Of a stretch of DNA of 21,584 nucleotides, positions 1-8,368 are shown piece after piece. The position numbers were made by a program, and so were the translations under genes. The stretch comes from a virus, in the IMG/VR virus record IMGVR_UViG_3300028837_003833, positions 113,910 to 135,493 of that record. One strand, written 5' to 3'. A model generated the notes under the pieces. That model did no database searches and was not told the DNA's origin. It saw only the letters and a list, made by a program, of their open reading frames with translations. The stretch's first letter is position 1. The number at the start of each line of letters is the position of its first letter.

Positions 1-612
1 ACTGATCCTACTGTACCTTTTGCTAAAAAGGGAGATCCGGTTATTCAGCTTGATCCGGTTACAGGAAAAGAAACTTTGGTGTTTTGGGATGGTGGTAGGC
101 AAGTATCTCAGGAAGAAATTGAAAAACAAATTGATCAGGGTATAATGACTGAAGAAAGATTAAAAGAATTTTATGAAAGAGGTACTCCACAGATCAAAAC
201 TTTTATAAAACCTCTTATTGTCCGGGCAAGAAATAAATCTAATATTATAAGAGAAAAGCTCTCTTATATCATAAATAGACTTGATAAATTAGGGTACTCA
301 ATTTTAGTTAACAAACTTAATACTGTTATTGAAAATTTTAACAAAGTAGCTGGAGATGTAAAGGAAGAGCATACTATTCCGAGTATAGAAGAGATTTATG
401 AAGATAGCAGCTCTCCTAAAGATTTTGGTAAAGAAGTAAAAAAACTCATAAGTGTGCATGATAAGATTATTGATTTAGTGAAAAAATTTGATAAACAAAA
501 AGATAAAATAGATTCGAGTAATTTGTCAGAAGATGAAGCGGTAAAGAAAACTGTAAAAATTGTTCGTGATGTTGGTAAAGCTACAAATTCTGAATTAAAA
601 AAAATATCTTAA
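1..612 (+). CDS. Hypothetical protein, 5'-truncated (possible virion-internal protein)
   Basis: Frame 1 is open from base 1 (TDPTVPFAKKGDPVIQLDPVTGKETLVFWDGG...), so the TTG at 76 is probably internal. Contains the helical hairpin LSYIINRLDKLGYSILVNKLNTVI followed by KVA. Confidence 0.75.
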   Translation, partial: TDPTVPFAKKGDPVIQLDPVTGKETLVFWDGGRQVSQEEIEKQIDQGIMTEERLKEFYERGTPQIKTFIKPLIVRARNKSNIIREKLSYIINRLDKLGYSILVNKLNTVIENFNKVAGDVKEEHTIPSIEEIYEDSSSPKDFGKEVKKLISVHDKIIDLVKKFDKQKDKIDSSNLSEDEAVKKTVKIVRDVGKATNSELKKIS

Positions 613-624
613 ATTGGAGGTCTT

Positions 625-882
625 ATGAGTGGTTTGTTTAGGGGTCCTGATGGTAAGACTAGTATGATGCGCGTATCTACTTTTCTTGTTGTAGTACCTA
701 TAATATTAGTTTTCATAGCTCATAATGTAATTTCAATGATAGCTGGAGGAGCTTTTGTTTCTATAGGTGCTCCTGAAGCTATGCTTATTGCAGGGGTACT
801 TGGTATGAAGTCTGTACAGAGTTTTTCAGAAAATAAAAAAACTGTTGGGAGTTTTCCTGATAGTAAAATGCCTGTTAAATAA
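625..882 (+). CDS. Small 2-TM membrane protein, holin-like
   Basis: SD GGAGG upstream; two hydrophobic segments (VSTFLVVVPIILVFIA; AMLIAGVLGM); DGKTSMMR...KSVQSFSE pattern typical of small phage membrane proteins; charged C-terminal tail. Confidence 0.55.
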   Translation: MSGLFRGPDGKTSMMRVSTFLVVVPIILVFIAHNVISMIAGGAFVSIGAPEAMLIAGVLGMKSVQSFSENKKTVGSFPDSKMPVK

Positions 883-893
883 TGGAGAAACGT

Positions 894-1091
894 ATGCCAG
901 ATCCTAATAAATTCTCGGATAAGCAAGATTTTATGGATGCATGTATGCACCAGGTAGTTAAAGTTGAGGGAAAATCTCAACCACAAGGCGTTGCCCAGTG
1001 TATAGGAATGTGGGAGAGTCGTAGTAAAAAGAAGAAAAAGTGTGCTTCAGATCTTATTAGGGAAACATCAGAAAAATTACTTGAAATATGA
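894..1091 (+). CDS. Small phage protein with helical 'F..CM...A.C...W' domain
   Basis: The ATG at 894 has an SD (GGAG-6 nt) and the ATG at 882 does not. MPDP...QDFMDACM...EGKSQPQGVAQCIGMW resembles a small domain often attached to phage head-maturation proteins. ATGA overlap with the next gene. Confidence 0.6.
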   Translation: MPDPNKFSDKQDFMDACMHQVVKVEGKSQPQGVAQCIGMWESRSKKKKKCASDLIRETSEKLLEI

Positions 1092-2386
1092 TTCGATCAA
1101 TTACATCAGCATTATCTAAAAAGGAGATAATTGAAGCTCCTAAATCAGGGATACCTGTTGTTTTTCTTGGGGGGAGTTGTAAGGATAATGATTGGCGTAA
1201 AGAGATTGAGGATGAGTTTGGAGAAGATTTATTTCTATTAGATCCTTTTGATAAAAAATATGATCCGGAGACAAATACACATAAAGAGTTAGCTGGTATA
1301 GTAAATTCAGATTATGTTATTTTTTATAGGGGTGGTGAACAATCTGCTCGGGAGAAAGAATTTCTTGATCTTATAGGTAGAAGAGATAATCTTATTAAGA
1401 CTTTTAGTACCATTAAAGATCTAAAAAAGTTTTTAAATAAAATAAGGAAGATTAAATTGGAAGATATAGGATCAAAAATAAGAAAATGTGCGGAGGATCT
1501 TTTAAAAGAATCTGTACCTTATTTAGATACTCCTATGGTAAAAGGAGATTATTCTGGTATTGATCTTCGTTTTGAAAAGCTCGATATTGATTCTATTTAT
1601 AAAGTGGTACAAGATATTTTAAATGGTGAGACTATTAAGATACCTAAGTTCCGGAATAATACTACTATTTTACAGGAATTTAATATAAATGATCTTGGTC
1701 AAGATAAAAAAATACTTGATTTTTTAAGACTCTACACTAAGGATAAAATAGAAAAACAATATAGAAATCGTGATCCTGAGTCTATTCTTTTTACTTATAA
1801 CGATAGGACTAATACATATAAAGATATAAGAGTTAATAAGCCTGAGTTAGCGATGGCTCGTGTAGCTAAAAAGGGTGCTACTTATAGTAGGTCTTGTGTT
1901 ATGATTAATCTTCCTGAGAACCTTTCTAAAGAGATAATGGAATGGGGAAGAAAAAATGTACAAGATGATAAGCTCTATACTGAAGAAGATTCTCAAGGTA
2001 GAGAAGATACTATACATGTTACATTGTTTTATGGAATAACAAGTAATGATCCGGATAAAACAGCTAAACTACTTTCAAAGGTCAAACCTTTTGAAATAAG
2101 ATTAGGGCTCATAAATGCTTTTAAGAATGATAATAACTATGATGTTCTTAAAATAGAGGTAGAATCTTCTGAATTAGAGAAACTTCATTATGAGATTTCT
2201 GATAAAATTGAAAATACTAATGATTTTGCTACTTATGAGCCTCATGTAACGATTCTTTATGCTAAAAAAGATTCTATAAATAATCTTATAGGTGATGAAT
2301 CCTTTAAGGGAAAAATTTTTAAATCTGATGATATAGTGTTTTCTGGTAGTGACAAGAATGAAACCAAGTTAAATCTTGGTAAATAA
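1088..2386 (+). CDS. Fusion: nucleoside 2-deoxyribosyltransferase-like domain + unknown middle domain + 2H phosphoesterase (T4 57B/Acb1-like)
   Basis: N-terminal VFLGGSC..DWR...LDPF...E....SDYVIFY...S..E fits the Nuc_deoxyri_tr2/NDT-like pattern. The C-terminal domain has two HxT motifs (HVTLFYG at 2015; PHVTILY at 2243) with YDVLKIEV between them, typical of phage 2H phosphoesterases. Confidence 0.8.
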   Translation: MIRSITSALSKKEIIEAPKSGIPVVFLGGSCKDNDWRKEIEDEFGEDLFLLDPFDKKYDPETNTHKELAGIVNSDYVIFYRGGEQSAREKEFLDLIGRRDNLIKTFSTIKDLKKFLNKIRKIKLEDIGSKIRKCAEDLLKESVPYLDTPMVKGDYSGIDLRFEKLDIDSIYKVVQDILNGETIKIPKFRNNTTILQEFNINDLGQDKKILDFLRLYTKDKIEKQYRNRDPESILFTYNDRTNTYKDIRVNKPELAMARVAKKGATYSRSCVMINLPENLSKEIMEWGRKNVQDDKLYTEEDSQGREDTIHVTLFYGITSNDPDKTAKLLSKVKPFEIRLGLINAFKNDNNYDVLKIEVESSELEKLHYEISDKIENTNDFATYEPHVTILYAKKDSINNLIGDESFKGKIFKSDDIVFSGSDKNETKLNLGK

Positions 2387-2429
2387 TATATAAATTATAT
2401 CCTAATAACATTCATAAGGAGATGAAAAT

Positions 2430-3731
2430 ATGTTAGCGTTGAAAGAGTATAAGGCGATTCAAGATTTTTCTTTAAATCTTGGTGATGGGAAAAATGTTAC
2501 TTATGTAAAACGTGGTGACTTTTTGAAGTTTGATGGTTTAAATGTAACTTTTCGTGGTGAGAGTGGAGCTGCACGTTCATTATCTAAAGTTATAGGTGAG
2601 TGGATTATTCCTATAGGTAAAAAAGTTGCTGAGATTAAAGTACTGCCTTCAAAAAGACTTGCACGTCCTCCTCGGAATGCTACTGCAGGAAAAGTTATTG
2701 AGCACAGTGATTATACTTCTGATCCTGATGTTGGTATCATAAATCCCCCAAGCGATTCAGTAGAGACATTATTAAAGAGTTATGAACGGACTCCTCCTAC
2801 TAAACTTGTTAATGGTAAGAGAGAAGTTACCAGTAATCTAGATGATATCAAAAAAGAAGTTACTATTATCCACGAAGAAAACAATATCGTAAGAAAAGTC
2901 AGAGCTGTTGATGAAGGTACTACAAATAAAAATAGTGTAGAAATGGGTGACACTAAGAAAGTAAAAAGAACAGTGCTTTTTCCGGAAGGCGATATAGCTA
3001 AAAAGACAAATTATTCAGGTAAAAAAGCAGAGACTACTGAAAGAAAAAAGTTAAAAATTGACTATGAAGCTTCAGGTGTTGAGGTTCGTAAAGTTTCTAC
3101 TAATAAAACTCCTGTAGTAAAGACTGCTGCAAAGACTGAAGTATTTGAGAATGAAATTGATGTCGGTGAAGCATCTTATCCTGCTACTCAAACGACTGAT
3201 GTTGGATCAAGTACTCAGGCACAGATTGAAAGTAATAAAACTCCAGCTAAAAAATCTTCGACTAAAAAAGCTCCAACTAAAAAAGCTCCAACTAAAAAAG
3301 CTCCAACTAAAAAAGTTGCAGCAAAGAAAGCTTCTGTAGCAAAGAAAGCTTCTGTAGCAAAAAGACCTTTATCTACAGCTCCTACAGTAATTAAGGGTCC
3401 TGTGGTAGATTCTGATGGTCAAGAAGCTATAGTAATAAGTAAAGTGAAACGTGCTGATGCTTCTCGCGTAGAATCTACAGATGGTATTGTTTCTAAAGTG
3501 ACCATAGGTGCTTCGGGAGATATGGATGTTGGTGAGGTTCAATTTTCATCTAACAGTGATTTTGAAGAACCAGGGGTAACTATCAGTAGTAGTGAACAAA
3601 CTCCTCTCGATATGATCGATCCTAGTATTCTTAATGAAGATGTAGAAATAGTTGAGGATTCTTCGGTTGATACGGGTGTTATTGCAGTTGATGATGATGT
3701 CGATCTTAATAATCTTTTATCGGATATATAA
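2430..3731 (+). CDS. Hypothetical low-complexity protein with histone-H1-like Lys/Ala/Pro repeats and acidic tail
   Basis: SD AAGGAG; PAKKSSTKKAPTKKAPTKKAPTKKVAAKKASVAKKASVAKR; acidic end DDDVDLNNLLSDI. Confidence 0.7.
   Translation: MLALKEYKAIQDFSLNLGDGKNVTYVKRGDFLKFDGLNVTFRGESGAARSLSKVIGEWIIPIGKKVAEIKVLPSKRLARPPRNATAGKVIEHSDYTSDPDVGIINPPSDSVETLLKSYERTPPTKLVNGKREVTSNLDDIKKEVTIIHEENNIVRKVRAVDEGTTNKNSVEMGDTKKVKRTVLFPEGDIAKKTNYSGKKAETTERKKLKIDYEASGVEVRKVSTNKTPVVKTAAKTEVFENEIDVGEASYPATQTTDVGSSTQAQIESNKTPAKKSSTKKAPTKKAPTKKAPTKKVAAKKASVAKKASVAKRPLSTAPTVIKGPVVDSDGQEAIVISKVKRADASRVESTDGIVSKVTIGASGDMDVGEVQFSSNSDFEEPGVTISSSEQTPLDMIDPSILNEDVEIVEDSSVDTGVIAVDDDVDLNNLLSDI
3261..3361 (+). repeat. In-frame tandem repeats: 15-bp unit x3.7 then 18-bp unit x2.3
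   Basis: actaaaaaagctcca at 3261, 3276, 3291 (partial at 3306); gcaaagaaagcttctgta at 3321 and 3339; all exact copies. Confidence 0.95.
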
Positions 3732-3734
3732 AGA

Positions 3735-5324
3735 ATGAATCAGATGGTCAGAAATGTTATAGCACGATATTATGCGGATCCTCAAGATGCTCTTCGTCCT
3801 ATAGATAAAAAGACTTGGATGGAATATGTTGAGGAAAAAGTTAAAGGTATAGCTGCTGACCCTGATAATCCTGTTTATGATATGCTTAAAGGAAAGACGG
3901 AGTTAAATCCGTCTTTTCATACTACTAATCCATATAATAAAGATTGCCCTTCTAATAGTCCTAAGGATCAGGATGATTCTCCACCATTTGTAAGTGAACC
4001 TATTTATCCCTCGAATATAGTTACGATTAATAGACCCGATAATTATGGAGAGGGGCATAGTCTTCATGAGTGGTGGGATGTAAGGGAAGAGGATTGGACT
4101 GAAGATGAGCAGGAGCAACGTCCTGCTATGAGTCTTACTAATAAGTATTCTGCACAAACAGTTCCTATAGATTTGCTTTCACGAATTGTTATTTCTAGTG
4201 ATGATTTTTTTGATTTTATGATGAGAACTAAAGTAGCAGCTACTTTAGATGAAATCATTGCAAAAGATTTTCATTATAAAAATGATTTAAAAATGCAACG
4301 TGCTGATAGATGTCAAGTTATATGGGCTAATAAGAATAATCCCAATCAGTATGAAAGAGGATTATTTACTTTCAGGGTATCATCTCCAGGATCGAAAGAG
4401 GGTCCTCATAATGTTTATATGCAATTTTTAAGAGATGATAATAAACCTGCGCCTAAGTATGTAGATTATCCGGTACATATAGGCTGTACTTGTAAATCTT
4501 TCCTTTTTAGTGGTGCTCAGTATTATGCTGTTCAGGATGGTTATATGTATATGCCAGCTTTTAAACCTGATTTAATAGGCCCACGTTCTCAGAATCAGTA
4601 TACTATTTCAGTGAGTCCAAGATATCCTAAAGGCAAAAAAAATCCTGGAAGAGGATTAAATTCCAGGGTATGCAAGCATATACTTGCAGTTTTTGATGAG
4701 ATAAAAAATACTCCTATAGAAGTACATTATAAAAAATATCCGGTTACTTCTCCTCCATCTAAGATTATGAATAAGGATGTATGGAAAGATCTTATGAAAT
4801 TTCCTTTTACTGAAGATGAGGTTAAGAAGAGACTGACTAGTAGCTATCCAAAAGTACCTGCTTATTTTAATCGTGAAAGTGTTACTCCCGCAGTCATTGA
4901 TTGGTTTAATAATACTTGGTTCCCGAGAACTGATGAACAAAAGTTAAAGTCTTTAAAAGAATTTGCTATGTATCCTGAAAGAGTGTTCTTCATTCTCATT
5001 GAAGAAGCATATTTAAAGCGTAAACAAGGAGAACATATTTCTAAGAGACTTATAGATGAGGGTTATGATATGATGGCAGATATTGTTCAACCGGATAATG
5101 ACTCTAAACCCCAATCAATTCCTGAAAATGAGGATGAATCAACAGGTACAGGTAAGATTGATATACCAGGTACAAAACCTCCTGAAGATGTCGAAGAGGA
5201 AGAAACTAAGAAACCTATTACACTTAATTATCAGACTCCAGCTAAGAAAGTAAAGAGTCCAAGTAAAATGAAACGACCAGATAAGATTAAGACACCATTG
5301 ACGGTTCAACCAGCAATAAAATAA
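3735..5324 (+). CDS. SWIM-type zinc-finger protein
   Basis: IGCTCKSF (CxC at 4485) ... NPG...RVCKHILAV (CxH at 4671), preceded by beta-rich FTFRVSS...HNVYMQF; disordered N- and C-terminal extensions. Confidence 0.7.
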   Translation: MNQMVRNVIARYYADPQDALRPIDKKTWMEYVEEKVKGIAADPDNPVYDMLKGKTELNPSFHTTNPYNKDCPSNSPKDQDDSPPFVSEPIYPSNIVTINRPDNYGEGHSLHEWWDVREEDWTEDEQEQRPAMSLTNKYSAQTVPIDLLSRIVISSDDFFDFMMRTKVAATLDEIIAKDFHYKNDLKMQRADRCQVIWANKNNPNQYERGLFTFRVSSPGSKEGPHNVYMQFLRDDNKPAPKYVDYPVHIGCTCKSFLFSGAQYYAVQDGYMYMPAFKPDLIGPRSQNQYTISVSPRYPKGKKNPGRGLNSRVCKHILAVFDEIKNTPIEVHYKKYPVTSPPSKIMNKDVWKDLMKFPFTEDEVKKRLTSSYPKVPAYFNRESVTPAVIDWFNNTWFPRTDEQKLKSLKEFAMYPERVFFILIEEAYLKRKQGEHISKRLIDEGYDMMADIVQPDNDSKPQSIPENEDESTGTGKIDIPGTKPPEDVEEEETKKPITLNYQTPAKKVKSPSKMKRPDKIKTPLTVQPAIK

Positions 5325-5349
5325 AAATATTATATAATATGGATTTTCT

Positions 5350-5649
5350 ATGTATGAGTTACCTACATATGTTATGGAATTCGATAAGAATTTATTCAAA
5401 AAAGCAGTAGAGTGTGCTTTTTATTATATAGAACTTCAAGATGACATCGTAGGAGTCATCTTTGCCAATCCAGCTACGATTAAAAGAATTGTGCTAGAAT
5501 TTCCGGATGAAGTTACCTTTGATTATGTATATCAAGGTATCGGACGTTTTCGCACAGCTTATTTAAAATATCTTCCTTCGGTAAAAGAAAATGGAATCTT
5601 ATTTTTAAATCAGCATGAAACTCTTAAATTGAAATTATTATTAATATAA
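5350..5649 (+). CDS. Small protein resembling the A-domain of the co-encoded major capsid protein
   Basis: Residues 23-53 align without gaps to MCP 173-203 with 10/31 identities (AF..IE..D..V...F.N......I.....D). Confidence 0.6.
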   Translation: MYELPTYVMEFDKNLFKKAVECAFYYIELQDDIVGVIFANPATIKRIVLEFPDEVTFDYVYQGIGRFRTAYLKYLPSVKENGILFLNQHETLKLKLLLI

Positions 5650-5670
5650 AAATTATATAGGAGATGACTT

Positions 5671-6108
5671 ATGCCCACTTATGATTATCAATGTAGGGAG
5701 TGTGGTTTTATAAAAGAAGTAGCACACTCTATTAAAGAAGAACCAATTATCTTATGTCAAAGATGTGAAAAAGGGATAAAGATGGAACGTCTTATATCTC
5801 GCAATACTTCTGGATTTATCTTTAAACAATGGACTGAAGCTCAAACACATAAGATAAGCCGTGATAAAATGAAACAAAATTCTAATCTTGAAATGCGACA
5901 AATTGAGCGGTATGGTTCGGGTCCTAGTCTTAAACCTAACGTTGCTGGGATGGAAGTTGATTCCTGGAGTGATGCTAAAAAACTCGCTAAAGAAGCTGGA
6001 ATGAATACTGCATCTTATAATACGAAGATAGCCAATGAAAAAAATACTTCTAAATCTTCAAATGTTAATGATCATAAATGGAAAGCTGCTAAAGAAGCTG
6101 CAGGTTAA
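5671..6108 (+). CDS. FmdB-family zinc-ribbon protein with C-terminal extension
   Basis: MPTYDYQCRECG...CQRC...MERLIS...GFIFK is the canonical FmdB/CxxC_CxxC pattern; SD AGGAG. Confidence 0.85.
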   Translation: MPTYDYQCRECGFIKEVAHSIKEEPIILCQRCEKGIKMERLISRNTSGFIFKQWTEAQTHKISRDKMKQNSNLEMRQIERYGSGPSLKPNVAGMEVDSWSDAKKLAKEAGMNTASYNTKIANEKNTSKSSNVNDHKWKAAKEAAG

Positions 6109-6161
6109 AAACTTTATTTTTATTATAAATTTTAAGAATAAATAATAATACTAGTATCTTA

Positions 6162-6190
6162 TTGTAGATCCCGTTTTATTCGAGTATAAT
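6162..6190 (+). promoter_or_regulatory. Sigma70-type promoter for the 6208-7216 cassette
   Basis: TTGTAG-17 nt-TATAAT with AT-rich upstream sequence, followed by SD GGGAG and ATG 6208. Confidence 0.65.
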
Positions 6191-6207
6191 AATAGTAGGG
6201 AGATACT

Positions 6208-6696
6208 ATGAATATAAAAATTTTTATCATGATACTTAGTTCAGCAATCATCTGCTTAGGCAATAATATCTTTGATATGTATGACAGTTATGAGTTAGTC
6301 GATTCAGTGACCAAAATGAATAAAGCCTTTACCGGTCCAATATTTTTTAAAGGTGGGGCTAATATGGAACTTGGCGTATATATTAAAGAATGTGAACCTA
6401 CTAATATAGGAAGAATTGAAACTAATCAAATAGTACTTAACGGAGACTCAATAGAAGCAGATGAAGTTTTTTCTTTTAAAAAAATCGATTTTTACAAAGT
6501 AACTAAAGATTCAATGACTTTTCATATCATGTATATGAAACAACCCGGAACCCCTTTTGAAACTATTTTAGAACTCAGAGAAGGTACCTTCTTTGATAGA
6601 AGCTTATATTTCTTTAAAAATAAAAAAGAATACAAGCTCATCTTATATGTGTATCCGGAAAATGTAAAAATTCGAAAGAATACCACGGACATTTAA
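6208..6696 (+). CDS. Hypothetical exported protein
   Basis: N-terminal MNIKIFIMILSSAIICLG resembles a signal peptide; SD GGGAG. Confidence 0.6.
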   Translation: MNIKIFIMILSSAIICLGNNIFDMYDSYELVDSVTKMNKAFTGPIFFKGGANMELGVYIKECEPTNIGRIETNQIVLNGDSIEADEVFSFKKIDFYKVTKDSMTFHIMYMKQPGTPFETILELREGTFFDRSLYFFKNKKEYKLILYVYPENVKIRKNTTDI

Positions 6697-6720
6697 CCTA
6701 TAACCCTTGAGAAGGTCACC

Positions 6721-6978
6721 ATGAAAAATATCCTTGTCGCTCTATTATCTCTTATCGTAATAGCTTCCTGTACACCTGACATGGAAAACCAGGTAATTGT
6801 TTCTAAGTCTTCCCGTAATCACAAAGCCTATAAGGACAAATTAAAATGTTGGTATAATTTGAAAGGCGTGAGTATTGGATTTTATGCGCCATGTGACTGC
6901 TATGAAGTCGGGGACAGCACGAACAAGTATATGCGGTATTATCAAGAGCACAATAAAAAGAACATCTCAGAAATTTAA
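6721..6978 (+). CDS. Putative lipoprotein
   Basis: MKNILVALLSLIVIAS|C: basic N-terminus, hydrophobic core, lipobox IASC; YEVGD small beta-barrel-like motif. Confidence 0.65.
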   Translation: MKNILVALLSLIVIASCTPDMENQVIVSKSSRNHKAYKDKLKCWYNLKGVSIGFYAPCDCYEVGDSTNKYMRYYQEHNKKNISEI

Positions 6979-6994
6979 AATAAGGAGAGTCTGT

Positions 6995-7216
6995 ATGTTA
7001 GGAAAAGATCTCATCAAAATGATACAAGAACGAGGATTTGAAGAATATGATTTCTGTATCACCGACCGTCAAATGGGCATCCTTAAGAGAAGTGCAACAA
7101 ATGTCTGCACATGGGACAATGCTAAAGATAATGGTGAGTTCATGGGACACCATAGTTATGAGACTGGATCGAACGGTTTCGGAAACAACGCAAAGGTAGC
7201 TATACTATCTAATTAG
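6995..7216 (+). CDS. Hypothetical protein (73 aa)
   Basis: Start moved from 6875 to ATG 6995, which has SD TAAGGAG and does not overlap the upstream gene; MLGKDLIKMIQE is a typical small phage protein start. Confidence 0.65.
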   Translation: MLGKDLIKMIQERGFEEYDFCITDRQMGILKRSATNVCTWDNAKDNGEFMGHHSYETGSNGFGNNAKVAILSN

Positions 7217-7276
7217 AAGAATAACTGAGATAATTACCTGAAGCTCTTATTGAATATCTTATTATTCTGATCAAGC

Positions 7277-8368
7277 TTAAACTTTATCCCAAAGATCTTT
7301 TAATATAGACTTATCTTTCTTATTAGGACTAAAACTTACCTCTAAATTATTCTCATAATCATTTAAAAGTAGCTGTCGTACCTGCCTTCTACAAGCACTC
7401 TCATCTTGGGGCTGTGTCTTGAATCTATCTATAAACTTATCCCTCTTATCCATAGGAGAAGTACTTAATAGATACTCCCTAAATTCATACCAAGTCTTAA
7501 ATTTTTCAGGTAATTTACTAGTACTAAAAACACTATCCTCACCCGCGTATATAGACGCGACATGAATACCAGATATTCTTTTTACCAGCTTACTAAATGT
7601 ATCAGGCTCATATACTTGAAGATCACCTAAAATCTTGAAACTCTTCTCGTGTATAAGATTACTCACCCGCATAGTCTTATAAAAATTTTTATTTGATCGA
7701 TACATCTTATCATACACGGCATTATAGGGAAGATCATTATCCGCTATGTATTTCCAAACGTCTCCTACTCCCCAATCATAAAGAGGATAAAATCTATAAG
7801 TATTTCTACCTGTAGTTTTGGTACTCCAATTAATATCCTTCCACCCTGGATTCTTGATAACTGACCTAAGCCTGTTTAAACTCTCCTCCGCCCGTAACCC
7901 TATAAAAAATGCTGTGTCAGGATTACTCTTCTCCATCCATTTAAAAAAACCATAAAACCTACTTGGATAACTAATGTCAATTGAATGTATAGCCAAAGGA
8001 TCCTTATCCCTTACCCAAATCTCCCCCTCATCCCAAGCATAAAACATACACTCTCTATAAGATGTAGTGTTAGTCATATACAATGGAACCTGATACCACA
8101 AAGGATCTACAAGATCATGACTCATCATTCTTCTTATAAGATCTACACTACTTTGATATTCAGCCTCTTGATCAAGAAAAAATACTTTTACTCTCCTATT
8201 TCTTCTTTCCGCTTCCCTTACAACAAGCCAATACAATGTTGTACTATCTTTACCACTACTAATAGAAACTATGATATCTTTAAAACTATCAAATACTATC
8301 GAAACCCTCTCCTGAGCTTTATGGAATACATTTTCTTCAAGGTATACCCGTTTAAGTTCTGGTAGCAT
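7277..8368 (-). CDS. ibrA: IbrA-like PAPS-reductase family (PP-loop) protein with DUF3440-like C-terminus
   Basis: VSISSGKDS PP-loop; FFLDQEAEY; IGLRAEESLNR; FYPLYDW...DVW; YNAVYDKMY; MRVS; EPDTFSKL..RI.G; LPEKFKTWYEF..YLL. Confidence 0.9.
   Translation of the reverse strand: MLPELKRVYLEENVFHKAQERVSIVFDSFKDIIVSISSGKDSTTLYWLVVREAERRNRRVKVFFLDQEAEYQSSVDLIRRMMSHDLVDPLWYQVPLYMTNTTSYRECMFYAWDEGEIWVRDKDPLAIHSIDISYPSRFYGFFKWMEKSNPDTAFFIGLRAEESLNRLRSVIKNPGWKDINWSTKTTGRNTYRFYPLYDWGVGDVWKYIADNDLPYNAVYDKMYRSNKNFYKTMRVSNLIHEKSFKILGDLQVYEPDTFSKLVKRISGIHVASIYAGEDSVFSTSKLPEKFKTWYEFREYLLSTSPMDKRDKFIDRFKTQPQDESACRRQVRQLLLNDYENNLEVSFSPNKKDKSILKDLWDKV

Noticed and set aside
3261-3361. Tandem repeats as a CRISPR array or DGR repeat pair
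   Set aside because: In-frame coding repeats with no spacers; no reverse transcriptase or cas genes in the window.
7217-7276. Imperfect inverted repeat (AGAATAA..GAGATA / TATCTT.TTATTCT) between the convergent genes
   Set aside because: AT-only, bulged and with a large loop; too weak to call a bidirectional terminator.
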